From: Malacoraja senta
Lineage: Eukaryota
Reading direction: 5' to 3'
Assembly: GCA_038087875.1 (NCBI GenBank)
Contig: JAXLNO010000680.1
Location: 248,001-312,000 of the forward strand
Length of the DNA stretch: 64,000 nucleotides
In this document: positions 51,683 through 63,477 of the stretch, piece by piece
Layout of the letters: each line of letters starts with the position of its first letter
Position numbering within the stretch: position 1 is the stretch's first letter
Made by a program: the position numbers and the translations under genes
The notes under the pieces: model-generated
Databases searched by the model: none
What the model was told of the DNA's origin: nothing
Seen by the model: the letters and a program-made list of their open reading frames with translations, nothing else

Positions 51683-53298
51683 CAGTGGCTTGCAAAAGTA
51701 TTCATACCCCTTGAACTTTTCCACATTTTGTCACGTTACAACCACAAGCGTAAATGTATTTTATTGGGATTTTATGTGATAGACCAACACAAAGTGGCGC
51801 ATAATTGTGAAGTGGAAGGAAAATGATACATGGTTTTCAAATTTTTTTACAAATAAAAAACTGAAAAGTGTCGCGTGCAAAAGTATTCAGCCCCCTTTAC
51901 TCTGATACCCCTAAATAAAATCCAGTGCAACCAATTGCCTTCAGAAGTCACCTAATTAGTAAATAGAGTCCACTTGTGTGTAATCTAATCTCAGTATAAA
52001 TACAGCTGTTCTGTGAAGGCCTCAGAGGTTTGTTAGAGAACATTAGTGAACAAACAGCATCATGAAGCCCAAGGAACACACCAGACAGGTCAGGGATAAA
52101 GTTGTGGAGAAGTTTAAAGCAGGGTTAGGTTATAAACAAATATCCCAAGGTTTGAACATCTCACGGAGCACTGTTCAATCCATCATCCGAAAATGGAAAG
52201 AGTATGGCACAACTGCAAACCTACCAAGACATGGCCGTCCACCTAAACTGACAGGCCGGGCAAGGAGAGCATTGATCAGAGAAGCGGCCAAGAGGCCCAT
52301 GGTAACTCTGGAGGAGCTGCAGAGATCCACAGCTCAGGTGGGAGAATCTGTCCACAGGACAACTATTAGTCGTGCACTCCACAAATCGGGCCTTTATGGA
52401 AGAGTGGCAAGAAGAAAGCCATTGTTGAAAAAAAGCCATAAGAAGTCCTGTTTGCAGTTTGCCACAAGCCATGTGGGGGACACAGCAAACATGTGGAGGA
52501 GGTGCTCTGGTCAGATGAGACCAAAATTGAAGTTTTTGGCCTAAATGCAAAATGCTATGTGTGGCGGAAACCTAACACTGCACATCACCCTGAACACACC
52601 ATCCCCACTGTGAAACATGGTGGTGGCAGCATCATGCTGTGGGGATGCTTTTCTTCAGCAGGGACAGGGAAGCTGGTCAGAGTTGATGGGAAGATGGATG
52701 GAGCCAAATACAGGGCAATCTTGGAAGAAAACCTGTCAGAGTCTGCAAAAGACTTGAGACTGGGGCGGAGGTTCACCTTCCAGCAGGACAACGACCCTAA
52801 ACATACAGCCAGAGCTACAATGGAATGGTTTAGATCAAAGCATATTCATGTGTTAGATTGGCCCAGTCAAAGTCCAGACCTAAATCCAATTGAGAATCTC
52901 TGGCAAGACTTGAAAATTGCTGTTCACAGATGCTCTCTATCCAATCTGACTGAGCTTGAGCTATTTTGCAAAGAAGAATGGGCAAAAATTTCAGTCTCTA
53001 GATGTGCAAAGCTGGTAGAGACATACCCCAAAAGACTTGCAGCTGTAATTGCAGCGAAAGGTGGTTCTACAAAGTATTGACTCAGGGGGGCTGAATACTT
53101 TTGCATGCAACACTTTTCAGTTTTTTATTTGTAAAAAAATTTGAAAACCATGTATCATTTTCCTTCCACTTCACAATTATGCACCACTTTGTGTTGGTCT
53201 ATCACATAAAATCCCAATAAAATACATTTACGTTTGTGGTTGTAACGTGACAAAATGTGGAAAAGTTCAAGGGGTATGAAAACTTTTGCAAGCCACTG
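51683..53298 (+). mobile_element. Full-length Tc1 (DD34E) transposon with long TIRs
   Basis: TA-CAGTGGCTTGCAAAAG...CTTTTGCAAGCCACTG-TA; about 210-bp inverted repeats; 1616 bp. Confidence 0.96.
52062..53080 (+). pseudogene. Tc1 transposase with a single frameshift near 52497
   Basis: Paired-like HTH and GRPPK in ORF 52062-52544; [19 protein letters not shown] in ORF 52493-53080. Confidence 0.93.
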
Positions 53299-53373
53299 TA
53301 TATAGACATATTTATATATACTTATACACACACACACACATCTATAGATATATATATAATACACACATCTATA

Positions 53374-53412
<39 letters not shown>

Positions 53413-54201
53413 CGCACACATATAATACACACACACATATAATATGCATATAGGGCAGTTGCACGTAAGGTCACAGGGTCATAGGGCTTGACGCACGGAG
53501 CCGCTCAATCCATCTGGAGGACATCCGTAACTTCCGGTATATGTTATTAATGCAAGAAACGCGTACCTTTCTACCTGTTAAAAAACGCCAAAATGTTGAA
53601 TTTTTGCGCTGTAAATAATTGTGGAAGTCGGGGTAACCGTGCGAGACATGTACCCAACTTCAGAATTCCAAAAGTGAAGCGAAATGAAGGTAAAGAGAAG
53701 CGAGAGCTGAAGGGACAACAACAGCTAAAGTGCTTGGTGAACATTGGCCGTGCAGAAATATTGGGAATTATCGCGTTTGCTCACTGCATTTCATCAACAG
53801 TAAGGCATTATTTGTGGTTTTTCTTGATTCCTTTGGTATCTAAAAAGTCTCGGAAGTGATCAATCTGGCTGTAAAATTTGCTTCAGAAGCATTTTCTTTT
53901 TGTATGTTAAAACCCACTTGAGAACCAGGGGCGATTTTAAAATTTTACAGCCAGATTTATCACTTCTGAAACTTTTTAGATTCCAAAGGAATCAATAAAA
54001 AACACAAATGACTTCCGGTGGCGACATGCCTTGCTAGCAGTCGCAAACTTTTTAGCTCCGCTGAAAAAATCGCGATTTTTCGCGTTAAAATCGGGTCTGG
54101 AGGTCGGGACCGTTTTTAAAAACTTACCGGAGCTTCATGTCGCGGTGCTGATGACGTCATCAGTAAGCGCCGCGATTTTAACGGAGGGAAAGTCATTTTA
54201 A

Positions 54202-55197
54202 ATGAAAAGTACATCTCCAGGTCAGAGCCCACAGAGGAAAATCTCAAAACATCTGCTGAAGACTCTGGAACAGCAAGAAACTTCAGAACTGACCTCTGGA
54301 GAGGTCTCTGGAATGGCTACTCGATCTGCAAAAGAGAAAGCCGAAATGGAGGACTTAAGAAACTCGGTAAGAGATATCAAAAATGATATGGAAGCTGGGA
54401 ACAGTAAATTGATGGCCGGTAATGATAAAATACTTGAGGGTATTGAGGCTCTCCAAAAAAGAATTGAAGGTGTGGAAAAAGGATTATCGATAAAAATTGA
54501 AAAGGTGGCAGAAGAGACCACAAAGATGTTTGAGGCTGTGCACGTAACTGTGGCTGCAAATGCATCTGCAGTGAATGATTTGGAAGCTGCTGTGGAAGTG
54601 ATGGCTGGAGAGATGCAGACTATGAAGTCAGAAATAGATAGCCTCAAGAACCAAGTCACAAAGGTTTCGAATAAATGTGTTGACCTAGAAGCTCGCTCAA
54701 GACGTCAAAATATAAGAATACGTGGTGTAAAAGAGGGAGCTGAGGGGGACAATGTTTGTGAGTTCGCTGCCAACCTAATTAAACACGTACTGAAGCTACC
54801 AGAAGTACCTGTAATTGAAGTAGCACATCGACTCCCCAGATTTAAATCAAGATCTCAAGCAGAACATGCCTACCCACGACAGATCATAATTAAACTTCGG
54901 GATATCTCAACAATGGAAGCGCTGATGAAAAAAATCAACCACGGAGAGAAGATGATGTACAGAGGTGATACTATTAAACTCCTACGGGACTACCCTTATG
55001 AGATTGAGCAAAAGAGAAGAACGTTCTCACAGACCAGAGAAGTTCTTTATGGTGTTAAGGGAGTTTTGTGTGGAGTGTTCTATCCGGCTAGAATGCGTAT
55101 TACCTTTGAGGGAGTGTCAAAAACATTCACTAATTCGGATGAATCTCTCAAATACGCTCAAGAAATCGCGACTAAGGCTGCATCAACTGGAGATTGA
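54202..55197 (+). CDS. L1 ORF1p (coiled coil, RRM, CTD)
   Basis: 331 aa; heptad-rich N-terminus, LEARSRRQNIRIRGVKEG, AHR, YPAR motifs. Confidence 0.93.
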   Translation: MKSTSPGQSPQRKISKHLLKTLEQQETSELTSGEVSGMATRSAKEKAEMEDLRNSVRDIKNDMEAGNSKLMAGNDKILEGIEALQKRIEGVEKGLSIKIEKVAEETTKMFEAVHVTVAANASAVNDLEAAVEVMAGEMQTMKSEIDSLKNQVTKVSNKCVDLEARSRRQNIRIRGVKEGAEGDNVCEFAANLIKHVLKLPEVPVIEVAHRLPRFKSRSQAEHAYPRQIIIKLRDISTMEALMKKINHGEKMMYRGDTIKLLRDYPYEIEQKRRTFSQTREVLYGVKGVLCGVFYPARMRITFEGVSKTFTNSDESLKYAQEIATKAASTGD

Positions 55198-56422
55198 AAA
55201 CCAAGACGACATGAACAAACGAACTTGCTTATTCTTCCAACAAGAGTATCACAAGGAAAGTGAATTAACTGAACACTGATTTTTTATTTTTTATTTGACT
55301 TCAAGCAACAGATTCTCAGTGAGACGTGGCTAGACATTATTATCTTCGTTGGAACATTGTGCTATGTAATTCAAGGACACTACGTGCTCAAACGAGGAAA
55401 ACCTGATAACACGGGACGAACTGCTGGGCTGAGAGTGAAAAACATCACATGGCTTATATTGTTTATAAAAAACTGAAAAAACTGAGAACTAATAATAATT
55501 AACAATTAACAATACTAATATAGAAATAGCAATTGAAATAGATAAAAAATGTGCAGCCTGCTCTGTTTAGCAGATAACAGCAAGTGCTATGCAGCTCGAG
55601 AGTGGAGGGAGGGGGAGACCGGGTACCTGGCATAACTCCAGGAGCCAGACTCCCGTTAACCCTTCCAGCGAACAGCTAATTTTTAACAATATTAAAACCA
55701 ATTTAAAATAGTTAAGAGATAATATACACTCGAGGTTGGTATGAAAAATATATACGGCTTATATAGTTTTACAAAATGCTGAGAATTAATCATAATTAAT
55801 AATTAACAATACTAATATAGAAATAATATTTGAAACTGATAAAACTGTGGTGCCTGCGTCATAACGCAGACAGCAGTTATCACCTATGTTCGCAGCTCGT
55901 GGAGAGGAGAGGAGATCAGGGATCAGGCACCTGGCACAATTCCAGGAACCTGACTCCGGTTAATCCACTCAGTAAACCGCTCACTTTAACAATACTAAAT
56001 TCATTTTAAAATAGTTAAGAGATAAAGAGTGAGTAGGATATGGAATCGAATACATTTGACATATATATAAATTGTAACTGGGTGAAATAGAACTGAATTG
56101 GAAACGGTAATGACCCCATAGATTTTGGGTAATAAATACAGCGGGGCTAACTTTATACCAACTACGCCGGAAGCGTTATGGATGTCGTACCCCACAGACG
56201 AGTGGGCCACTCACTACGGTGTTGGAATTTTAGACACCGTAAATTTATTTGATTTATATATATTTTTTTTAATCACAATATGTCACATCTGTGTGTTTTT
56301 TCTTCAAGGACAATCGCGCAGGAGAACTACCAAGGAAGTCTATAATAGAAATACTCCCAAAATAACCAGAGTCCGGAGGTATGAACGCACCACAATAATT
56401 AAGGTCATTAAAACTGGTAAAA

Positions 56423-59400
56423 ATGCATGACGACAATCAAAAGAAAATAGGAGGAATCACATTATGTAGTTGGAATATAAGGGGGATTAATGAACCTATT
56501 AAAAGGGGCAAGATACTAGCTCAGTTGAAATCATACAACACGGACATTGCGTTTCTACAGGAAACACATCTTAAACAGCAAGATCAGACAAGACTGAGGG
56601 CGAACTGGATAGGCCAAACATTTCACTCTTCATTTACCTCCAAATCTAGAGGTACTGCAATTATTATTCGTAAAGGAATTCCATTTAAATCAAAGAACAC
56701 TATTTTAGATAAGGAAGGGAGATATCTTATAGTAGCAGGGGAGATCAATAATATGCCAATTACGCTGGTAAACATATATGCGCCCAACTTTGATAACCCT
56801 CAATTTTTTAATAAAATTCTGAATATAATTGCAGAATCTAATTATCAAAATGTTATAATCGGAGGAGATTTTAATTGTGTTTTAGATCCTTATTTAGATA
56901 AATCGATGCAAAAACAAAAAGGTCAGACGAAATCTAAAACCAGTGAACTCTTACACACATATATGGAAAACACAAATATAACAGATGTATGGAGGATTGC
57001 AAACCCGACGGGAAGGGATTACTCGTTTTATTCAATGGTGCATAAAACATATTCACGGATAGACTATTTTCTTGTGGATACAAAATTAATTTCGCAATCT
57101 CTGAATCCTAAATATCATATTAATGCGATCTCAGATCATTCTCCGTTAACTTTTGTTCTAAAACTAGAAGGAATGTCTATGAATAAACCGTTCTGGAGGT
57201 TTAACTCACAAATTTTAAAAGACCCTCAAGGGAGTATCTATCTAAAAAAACAGATGGATCTATTTTTTGAGTTAAATGATACACCAGAGATATCCCCCAC
57301 GTTATTATGGGAATCCTTCAAAGCATTTATAAGAGGAGTCATTATTTCATTTCAAGCTTATCAAAATAAAAAGAATAAGAATGAACAAAGACACTTAGAA
57401 GATCAAATAAAACAGTTAGATATAGATAATGCTAAAGACCCAACTATGGATAAACATAATAAAATACTACTACTGAAATTTCAGTTAAATAAATTACTGT
57501 CAGAGAAAGTTATAACATTATTTCAAATCACAAAACAAGAACACTTCGAATTCGGGGACAAACCCCACAAACTTCTAGCACGACAACTTAAAAAACGGGA
57601 AAAAGAGAATGCAATATTAAAGATTAAATCAGATAGAGGGGAAGTATTAACACTACCCAAGGATATTAATAAAAGATTTGCTCAATTTTACCAGAATCTA
57701 TACACATCTAAAACGTCAATAGACAATAATAAAATCTCAGAATTTTTAGATAATTGTAATCTACCACAATTAGAACGCAGGGAACAAGAGGAACTGGGAG
57801 CACAAATTACTTCTAAGGAGATAGAAGACACAATAAAAACACTAAAAAATGGAAAAACACCAGGACCAGACGGATTCAGTAATGAATTTTATAAATCTTT
57901 TTATGATATAGTTACTCCACGATTACAAAAAATGTATACATATGCTTATAAAGAGCAAAACCTACCTGAAACACTAGCGGAATCAACGATCATATTAATA
58001 CTTAAAAAAGATAAAAATATAGAAGAACCAGGATCATATAGAGCTATTGCTTTGTTAAATACGGATCAGAAAATAATAGCAAAAACATTAGCCAATAGAT
58101 TAAGCAAGTATGTTAGTAGACTAATACATGAGGATCAAACAGGATTTATACCTAAGAGACACTCATTTAATAATTTGAGACGTTTGCTTAACATAATGCA
58201 TTCACATAAATCTTATGACCAAGAGTTAGCTATCATCTCACTGGACGCAGAAAAAGCGTTTGATCAAGTAGAATGGGACTATATGATCAAAGTATTGCAA
58301 AAATTCCAATTGGGAGAAAACTTTATTGCATGGATAAAACTACTATATAACAAACCTACGGCTAGAATACTAACTAATAATATATTATCTTCAAAATTCG
58401 AATTATCTAGGGGCAACAGACAAGGATGTTCACTATCACCGCTGTTATTTGCTTTGGTAATTGAACCCCTTGCTGAAAAAATAAGAACACACTCGAATAT
58501 TCACGGTTATAACACAAAATATTCAAACAACAAACTATCCCTATATGCTGATGATGTACTACTGTACATCACAAAACCACAAATTAGTATACCAAATATA
58601 TTAAACTTAATTGAGGACTTTGGATCCTTTTCAGGATATAGAATAAATTGGAACAAAAGTGAAATTATGTCGATTAAACCAAAAGACTCAACACATCTCA
58701 GGAAATTCCCTTTTAAAATAGCTATGGAAAAATTCAAATATTTAGGAATTGAGATTACTAGAAATTACCATGATATGTTTAAAGCTAATTATAATCCCCT
58801 ACTTAAGAAATTAAATAATTTGATTAAATTTTGGAAAACACTTCCGATGTCCTTAATAGGTAGGATAAATGCTATAAAAATGATTTTCTTACCACAAATC
58901 CTTTACCTATTTCAATCAATACCTATATATCTCCCAAAAAAGTTTTTCAAAAAACTGGACTCAGACATTACAAATTTTATATGGGATTACAAATCCCACA
59001 GAATACAAAGAACACACCTTAACAAACGAAAAGAGTTGGGGGGTCTAGCGCTCCCTAACTTTATGTATTATAACTGGGCAGTAAATATTAAAAATATGAT
59101 TCACCTGCTGGACAATTCTGCCCAGCAGGTGGACTGGATTATAATGGAAAAAGGGGATTGCTCCCCGAATAATATAGGAGCGATTATTCTCTCTCCAATA
59201 AATTTGAATAATAAAAATTATAATAAAAATCCAATTATATATAGCACTATTAGAACATGGAAGCAAATAAAACAGAATCTAAAATTAAGAAACCTATCTC
59301 TCTTAATACCAATAGTCAATAACCCATCGTTTAAACCTTCAATCATAGATAAATCATTTATACAATGGGAAAGAATGGGAATCAAAACGCTCGAAGATCT

Positions 59401-60214
59401 GTATGAATTAGAAAAATTACTATCATTCCAACAACTACAACTGAAATATAATTTGAAAAATAATCAATATTTTAAATATCTACAAATCTGTGACTATTTG
59501 AAAACACACACAAAAGATTATTATAATATGCCTTCCGACTTACTAGATGAAGCAATGAAGACAAAGGCGGAATCAGTTAATTTAATATCATACTTATATA
59601 ATATCATCTTAAATATAGAAATACCCACAACAGATGGAATTAGAAGAGATTGGGAACAAGATCTAGGTATAAAAATTTCAAAAGAGAGTTGGGATAATCA
59701 TTTATTACAGGTGCATAAATGCTCGATCAACGTACGACATACGCTTATCCAATTTAAAACATTACATAGATTATATTATTCAAAAACCAAACTAAATAAA
59801 ATCTTTCCTAACGTCTCACCAATCTGTGATAAATGTATATGTCAAGAAGCTACCATAGCACATTCTTTTGTTTTTTGTACAAAAATCCAAAAATTCTGGT
59901 TTGAAATATTTGATATTTTTTCAAAATTAATCAAAATAAAACTGGTACCAAAACCAGAATGGATTATTTTTGGAATATCGGAAGGTATTCCTGAATTAAA
60001 CGTGTATCAGAAGAATTTACTCAATTATGGGCTAATAATGGGAAAAAAGCTTATACTTAAATTCTGGAAAAATGCGCCCACACCAACAATAAAAATGTGG
60101 ACATCAAATATGTTGGAAACATTACATCTGGAAGAGATGAGATTCCTCCTAGTAGGCAAAGTAGACCAATTTCAAAAGACGTGGTCTACGTTTTTGGACC
60201 TATTACAAGCATGA
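56423..60214 (+). CDS. L1 ORF2p (APE endonuclease, reverse transcriptase, CCHC)
   Basis: 1263 aa uninterrupted; SWNIRG, LQETH, GGDFN, SRIDY, SDH; LDAEKAFD, RQGCSLSPLLF, YADD; C-X2-C-X8-H-X4-C. Confidence 0.97.
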   Translation: MHDDNQKKIGGITLCSWNIRGINEPIKRGKILAQLKSYNTDIAFLQETHLKQQDQTRLRANWIGQTFHSSFTSKSRGTAIIIRKGIPFKSKNTILDKEGRYLIVAGEINNMPITLVNIYAPNFDNPQFFNKILNIIAESNYQNVIIGGDFNCVLDPYLDKSMQKQKGQTKSKTSELLHTYMENTNITDVWRIANPTGRDYSFYSMVHKTYSRIDYFLVDTKLISQSLNPKYHINAISDHSPLTFVLKLEGMSMNKPFWRFNSQILKDPQGSIYLKKQMDLFFELNDTPEISPTLLWESFKAFIRGVIISFQAYQNKKNKNEQRHLEDQIKQLDIDNAKDPTMDKHNKILLLKFQLNKLLSEKVITLFQITKQEHFEFGDKPHKLLARQLKKREKENAILKIKSDRGEVLTLPKDINKRFAQFYQNLYTSKTSIDNNKISEFLDNCNLPQLERREQEELGAQITSKEIEDTIKTLKNGKTPGPDGFSNEFYKSFYDIVTPRLQKMYTYAYKEQNLPETLAESTIILILKKDKNIEEPGSYRAIALLNTDQKIIAKTLANRLSKYVSRLIHEDQTGFIPKRHSFNNLRRLLNIMHSHKSYDQELAIISLDAEKAFDQVEWDYMIKVLQKFQLGENFIAWIKLLYNKPTARILTNNILSSKFELSRGNRQGCSLSPLLFALVIEPLAEKIRTHSNIHGYNTKYSNNKLSLYADDVLLYITKPQISIPNILNLIEDFGSFSGYRINWNKSEIMSIKPKDSTHLRKFPFKIAMEKFKYLGIEITRNYHDMFKANYNPLLKKLNNLIKFWKTLPMSLIGRINAIKMIFLPQILYLFQSIPIYLPKKFFKKLDSDITNFIWDYKSHRIQRTHLNKRKELGGLALPNFMYYNWAVNIKNMIHLLDNSAQQVDWIIMEKGDCSPNNIGAIILSPINLNNKNYNKNPIIYSTIRTWKQIKQNLKLRNLSLLIPIVNNPSFKPSIIDKSFIQWERMGIKTLEDLYELEKLLSFQQLQLKYNLKNNQYFKYLQICDYLKTHTKDYYNMPSDLLDEAMKTKAESVNLISYLYNIILNIEIPTTDGIRRDWEQDLGIKISKESWDNHLLQVHKCSINVRHTLIQFKTLHRLYYSKTKLNKIFPNVSPICDKCICQEATIAHSFVFCTKIQKFWFEIFDIFSKLIKIKLVPKPEWIIFGISEGIPELNVYQKNLLNYGLIMGKKLILKFWKNAPTPTIKMWTSNMLETLHLEEMRFLLVGKVDQFQKTWSTFLDLLQA

Positions 60215-61069
60215 GGTGCAATAGTAATTTAGAAAAACAAATAAATAAATAAAAGGTATCTGGACCTGGTAATGGGAGGTAAAATAAAAACAGACTTGGT
60301 TGGTAGTTCCTTCTCTATGAAGTATGTTATAAGAGTTATAATAGAGCGATTGTTCCTTCTTTCTTTCTCTTTCTTTTCTAGGGTCTATTTTCTAACTTTA
60401 CTTCCTTCTCTAACTTCTTTTCTAAGGGGCTTTCTTTTCCCAACACTCTTTTGCACTTCACAACCTTTGCGCACTTTCTTCACTTTTCTTACTTCTTTCT
60501 TTTTCTTTCTTAAAGTTTAAAAAAGTGAAGCGGTACAAAAAATGTATTAATATATACGTGTTGTACATTACTGTAATCTACCGTACTTCTATTAAAAAAA
60601 TTATTTAAAAAAAATAAATAATAAAAAACACAAATAATGCCTTACTGTTGATGAAATGCAGTGAGCAAACGGCCAATGTTCGCCAAGCACTTTGGCTGTT
60701 GTTGTCCCTTCAGCTCTCGCTTCTATCTACCGTCATTTCTCCTCACTTTTGGAATTCTGAAGTTGGCTAAATGTCTCTCACGCTTATCCCGATTTCCATA
60801 ATTATTTACAGCGCAAGAATTGACCATTTTGGCAGGTTTTAACGGGCCCGCTACGCTGGAAACAATGGTCAGTGCTCACCTGCAGTTCATCGCGTGTACT
60901 CCAGTTGGAGTAGCGTAGCAACAGTACGGGTCATGGGTCGTGACCCGACTGCCGTGCAACCTCCCTATATATACACACACATACATATATATATATATGT
61001 AGTACACACACATACATATATATATATATACACATATACAATACACACACATGTATGTGTAAATATATA

Positions 61070-63317
61070 TAAGGTACACAAAAATGCTGGAGCAACTCAG
61101 TGGGTGCAGCAGCATCTATGGAGCGAAGGAAATCATCAACGTTTCGGGCCGAAACCCTTCTTCAGACTGATGGGGCGTGGGGAGAAGAAAGGAAAAAGGC
61201 GGAGGAGGAGCCCGAGGGCTGAGGGATGGGAGGAGACAGTCCGAGGGCTGAGGAAGGGGAGGAGACAGCAAGGGCTAGCAAAATTGGGAGAATTCAATGT
61301 TCATGCCCCAGGATGCAGACTCCCCAAGCGGAATATGAGGTGCTGTTCCTCCAATTTCCGGTGTTGCTCGCACTGGCCATGGAGGAGACCCAGGACAGAG
61401 AGGTCGGATACGGAATGGGAGGGGGAGTTGAAGTGCTGAGCCACCGGGAGGTCAGGTTGGTTATTGCGGACCAAGCGGAGGTGTTCGGCGAAACGATCGC
61501 CAAGCCTCCGCTTGGTCTCACCGATGTAGATCAGCTGACATCTAGAGCAGCGGATGCAATAGATGAGGTTGGAGGAGATGCAGGTGAACCTCTGTCGCAC
61601 CTGGAACGACTGCTTAGGTCCTTGAATGGAGTCGAGGGGGGAGGTGAAGGGACAAGTGTTGCATCTCTTGCGGTTGCAAGGGAAAGTGCCCGGGGAGGGG
61701 GTGGTATGGGAGGGAAGGGAATAATTGACAAGGGAGTTACGGAGGGAGCGGTCTTTGCGGAAGGCAGACATGGGGAGAGATGGGAAGATGTGGCGAGTGG
61801 TGGGGTCACGTTGGAGGTGGCGAAACTGACGGAGGATTACTTGTTGTATGTGACGGCTGGTGGGGTGAAAGGTGAGGACCAGGGGGACTCTGCCCTTGTT
61901 GCGAGTGGGGGGGATGGGGAGAGAGAGCAGTGTTGCGGGGTGTAGGGAGGTTTCACGGCAGTCGGGTCACGACCCATGACCCGTACTGTTGCTACGCTAC
62001 GCCAAATGGATTACACGCGATGAACTGCAGGTAAGTACTTACCATTGTTTCCTGCGTAGCGGGCCCGTTAAAACCCGCCGAAATTGTCAAATTTTGCGCT
62101 GTAAATAATTATGGAAATCAGGATAAGCGTGAGAGACATTTAGCCTCCTTCAGAATTCAAAAAGTGAGGAGAAATGACGGTAGATAGAAGCGAGAGCTGA
62201 AGGGACAACAACAGCCAGAGTGCTTGGCGAACATTGGCCGTTTGCTCACTGCATTTCATCAATTAAGGCATTATTTGTGTTTTTCCTTGATTCCTTTGGC
62301 ATCAAAAAAGTTTCAGAAGGGATAAATCTGGATGTAAAATTTTAAAATCGCCCATGGTTCTCAAGTGGGTTTTTACATACAAAATGAAAACGCCTCTGAA
62401 GCTAAATTTACAACCAGATTTATCACTTCGGAGACTTTTTAGATACCAAAGGAATCAAGAAAAAAACCAAATAATGCCTTACCGTTGATGAAATGCAGTG
62501 AGCAAACGCGATAATTCCCAATATTTTCAATTCCGATATCTGCACGGCCAATGTTCGCCAAGCACTTTAGCTGCTGTTGTCCCTTCAGCTCTCGCTTCTC
62601 TTTACCTTCATTTCGCTTCACTTTTGGAATTCTGAAGTTGGGTACATGTCTCTCACACTTACCCCGACTTCCACAATTTTTTACAGTGAAAAAATTCAAC
62701 ATTTTGGCGGTTTTTAACAGGTAGGAATGTACGCGTTTCTAGCATTAATAACATATACCGGAAGTTACGTATGTCCTCCAGATGGATTGAGCGGCTCCGA
62801 GCGTCGAGCCCTATGACCCGGTGACCTTACGTGCAACCCCCCTATGGCAGAGACCCTGGTGCGAGCCTCATCTATGGTGGAGGAGGGGAACCCCCGTTCC
62901 CTGAAGAATGAGGGACATTTCAGATGCCCTGGTGTGGAACGCCTCATCCTGGGAGCAGATGCGGCGTAGACGGAGGAATTGGGAGTAGGGGATGGAGTCC
63001 TTACAGGAAGCAGGGTGGGAAGAAGAGTAGTCAAGATAGCCATGGGAGGTTTATAGTGAATGTCGGTCAGAAGTCTGTCAACTGCGATGGAGATAGTGAG
63101 GTCAAGGAATGGTAGGGAAGTGTCGGAAATGGTCCAGGTGTATTTGAGTGCCGGATGGAAGTTAGTGGTGAAGCGGATGAAGTCAGTCAGTTGTGTGTGG
63201 GTGCAGGAGGTGGCACCAAAGCACCAAGTCGTCGATGTAGCGGAGGTAGAGGTCGGGGATGGGGCCCTGGTACGTATTGAACAAGGATTGTTCTACGTAC
63301 CCGACAAAGAGGCAGGC
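61070..63317 (-). mobile_element. Penelope-like element (RT 3' part, GIY-YIG, hammerhead terminal module) interrupted by a MITE
   Basis: YACLFVGYVEQSLF...LYLRYIDD near 63230-63317; GIY-YIG ORF 61301-61771; hammerhead core at 61138-61165. Confidence 0.9.
61944..62843. mobile_element. Second, uninterrupted copy of the 0.9 kb MITE, inverted relative to the first
   Basis: Termini AGGGAGGTTTCACG / CGTGCAACCCCCCT; interrupts the PLE reading frame TRVSAI/PRNT. Confidence 0.87.
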
Positions 63318-63477
63318 GTAGATATATATATATATATATGTATATGTGTGTGTGTGTGGGGAGGGGCTGTTTGGGTGTCTCTTCTGTGTTGATGCGGTGA
63401 GTTTTGTGCTGAGGGCTCGATGCGGGTCCCGGTCCCGGTCACCACCGCACCGGCTCATCCCCCCCCGCCTCACACAC

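Larger units (their letters stand above)
54010..60619 (+). mobile_element. Full-length LINE-1 with intact ORFs
   Basis: 16-bp TSD AATAAAAAACACAAAT at 53994-54009 and 60620-60635; 5' GACTTCCGG; A-rich tail. Confidence 0.96.
53452..60966. mobile_element. About 0.9 kb MITE-like DNA element split by the L1 insertion
   Basis: Termini AGGGCAGTTGCACG / CGTGCAACCTCCCT; about 300-bp internal inverted repeat; sister copy at 61944-62843. Confidence 0.85.
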
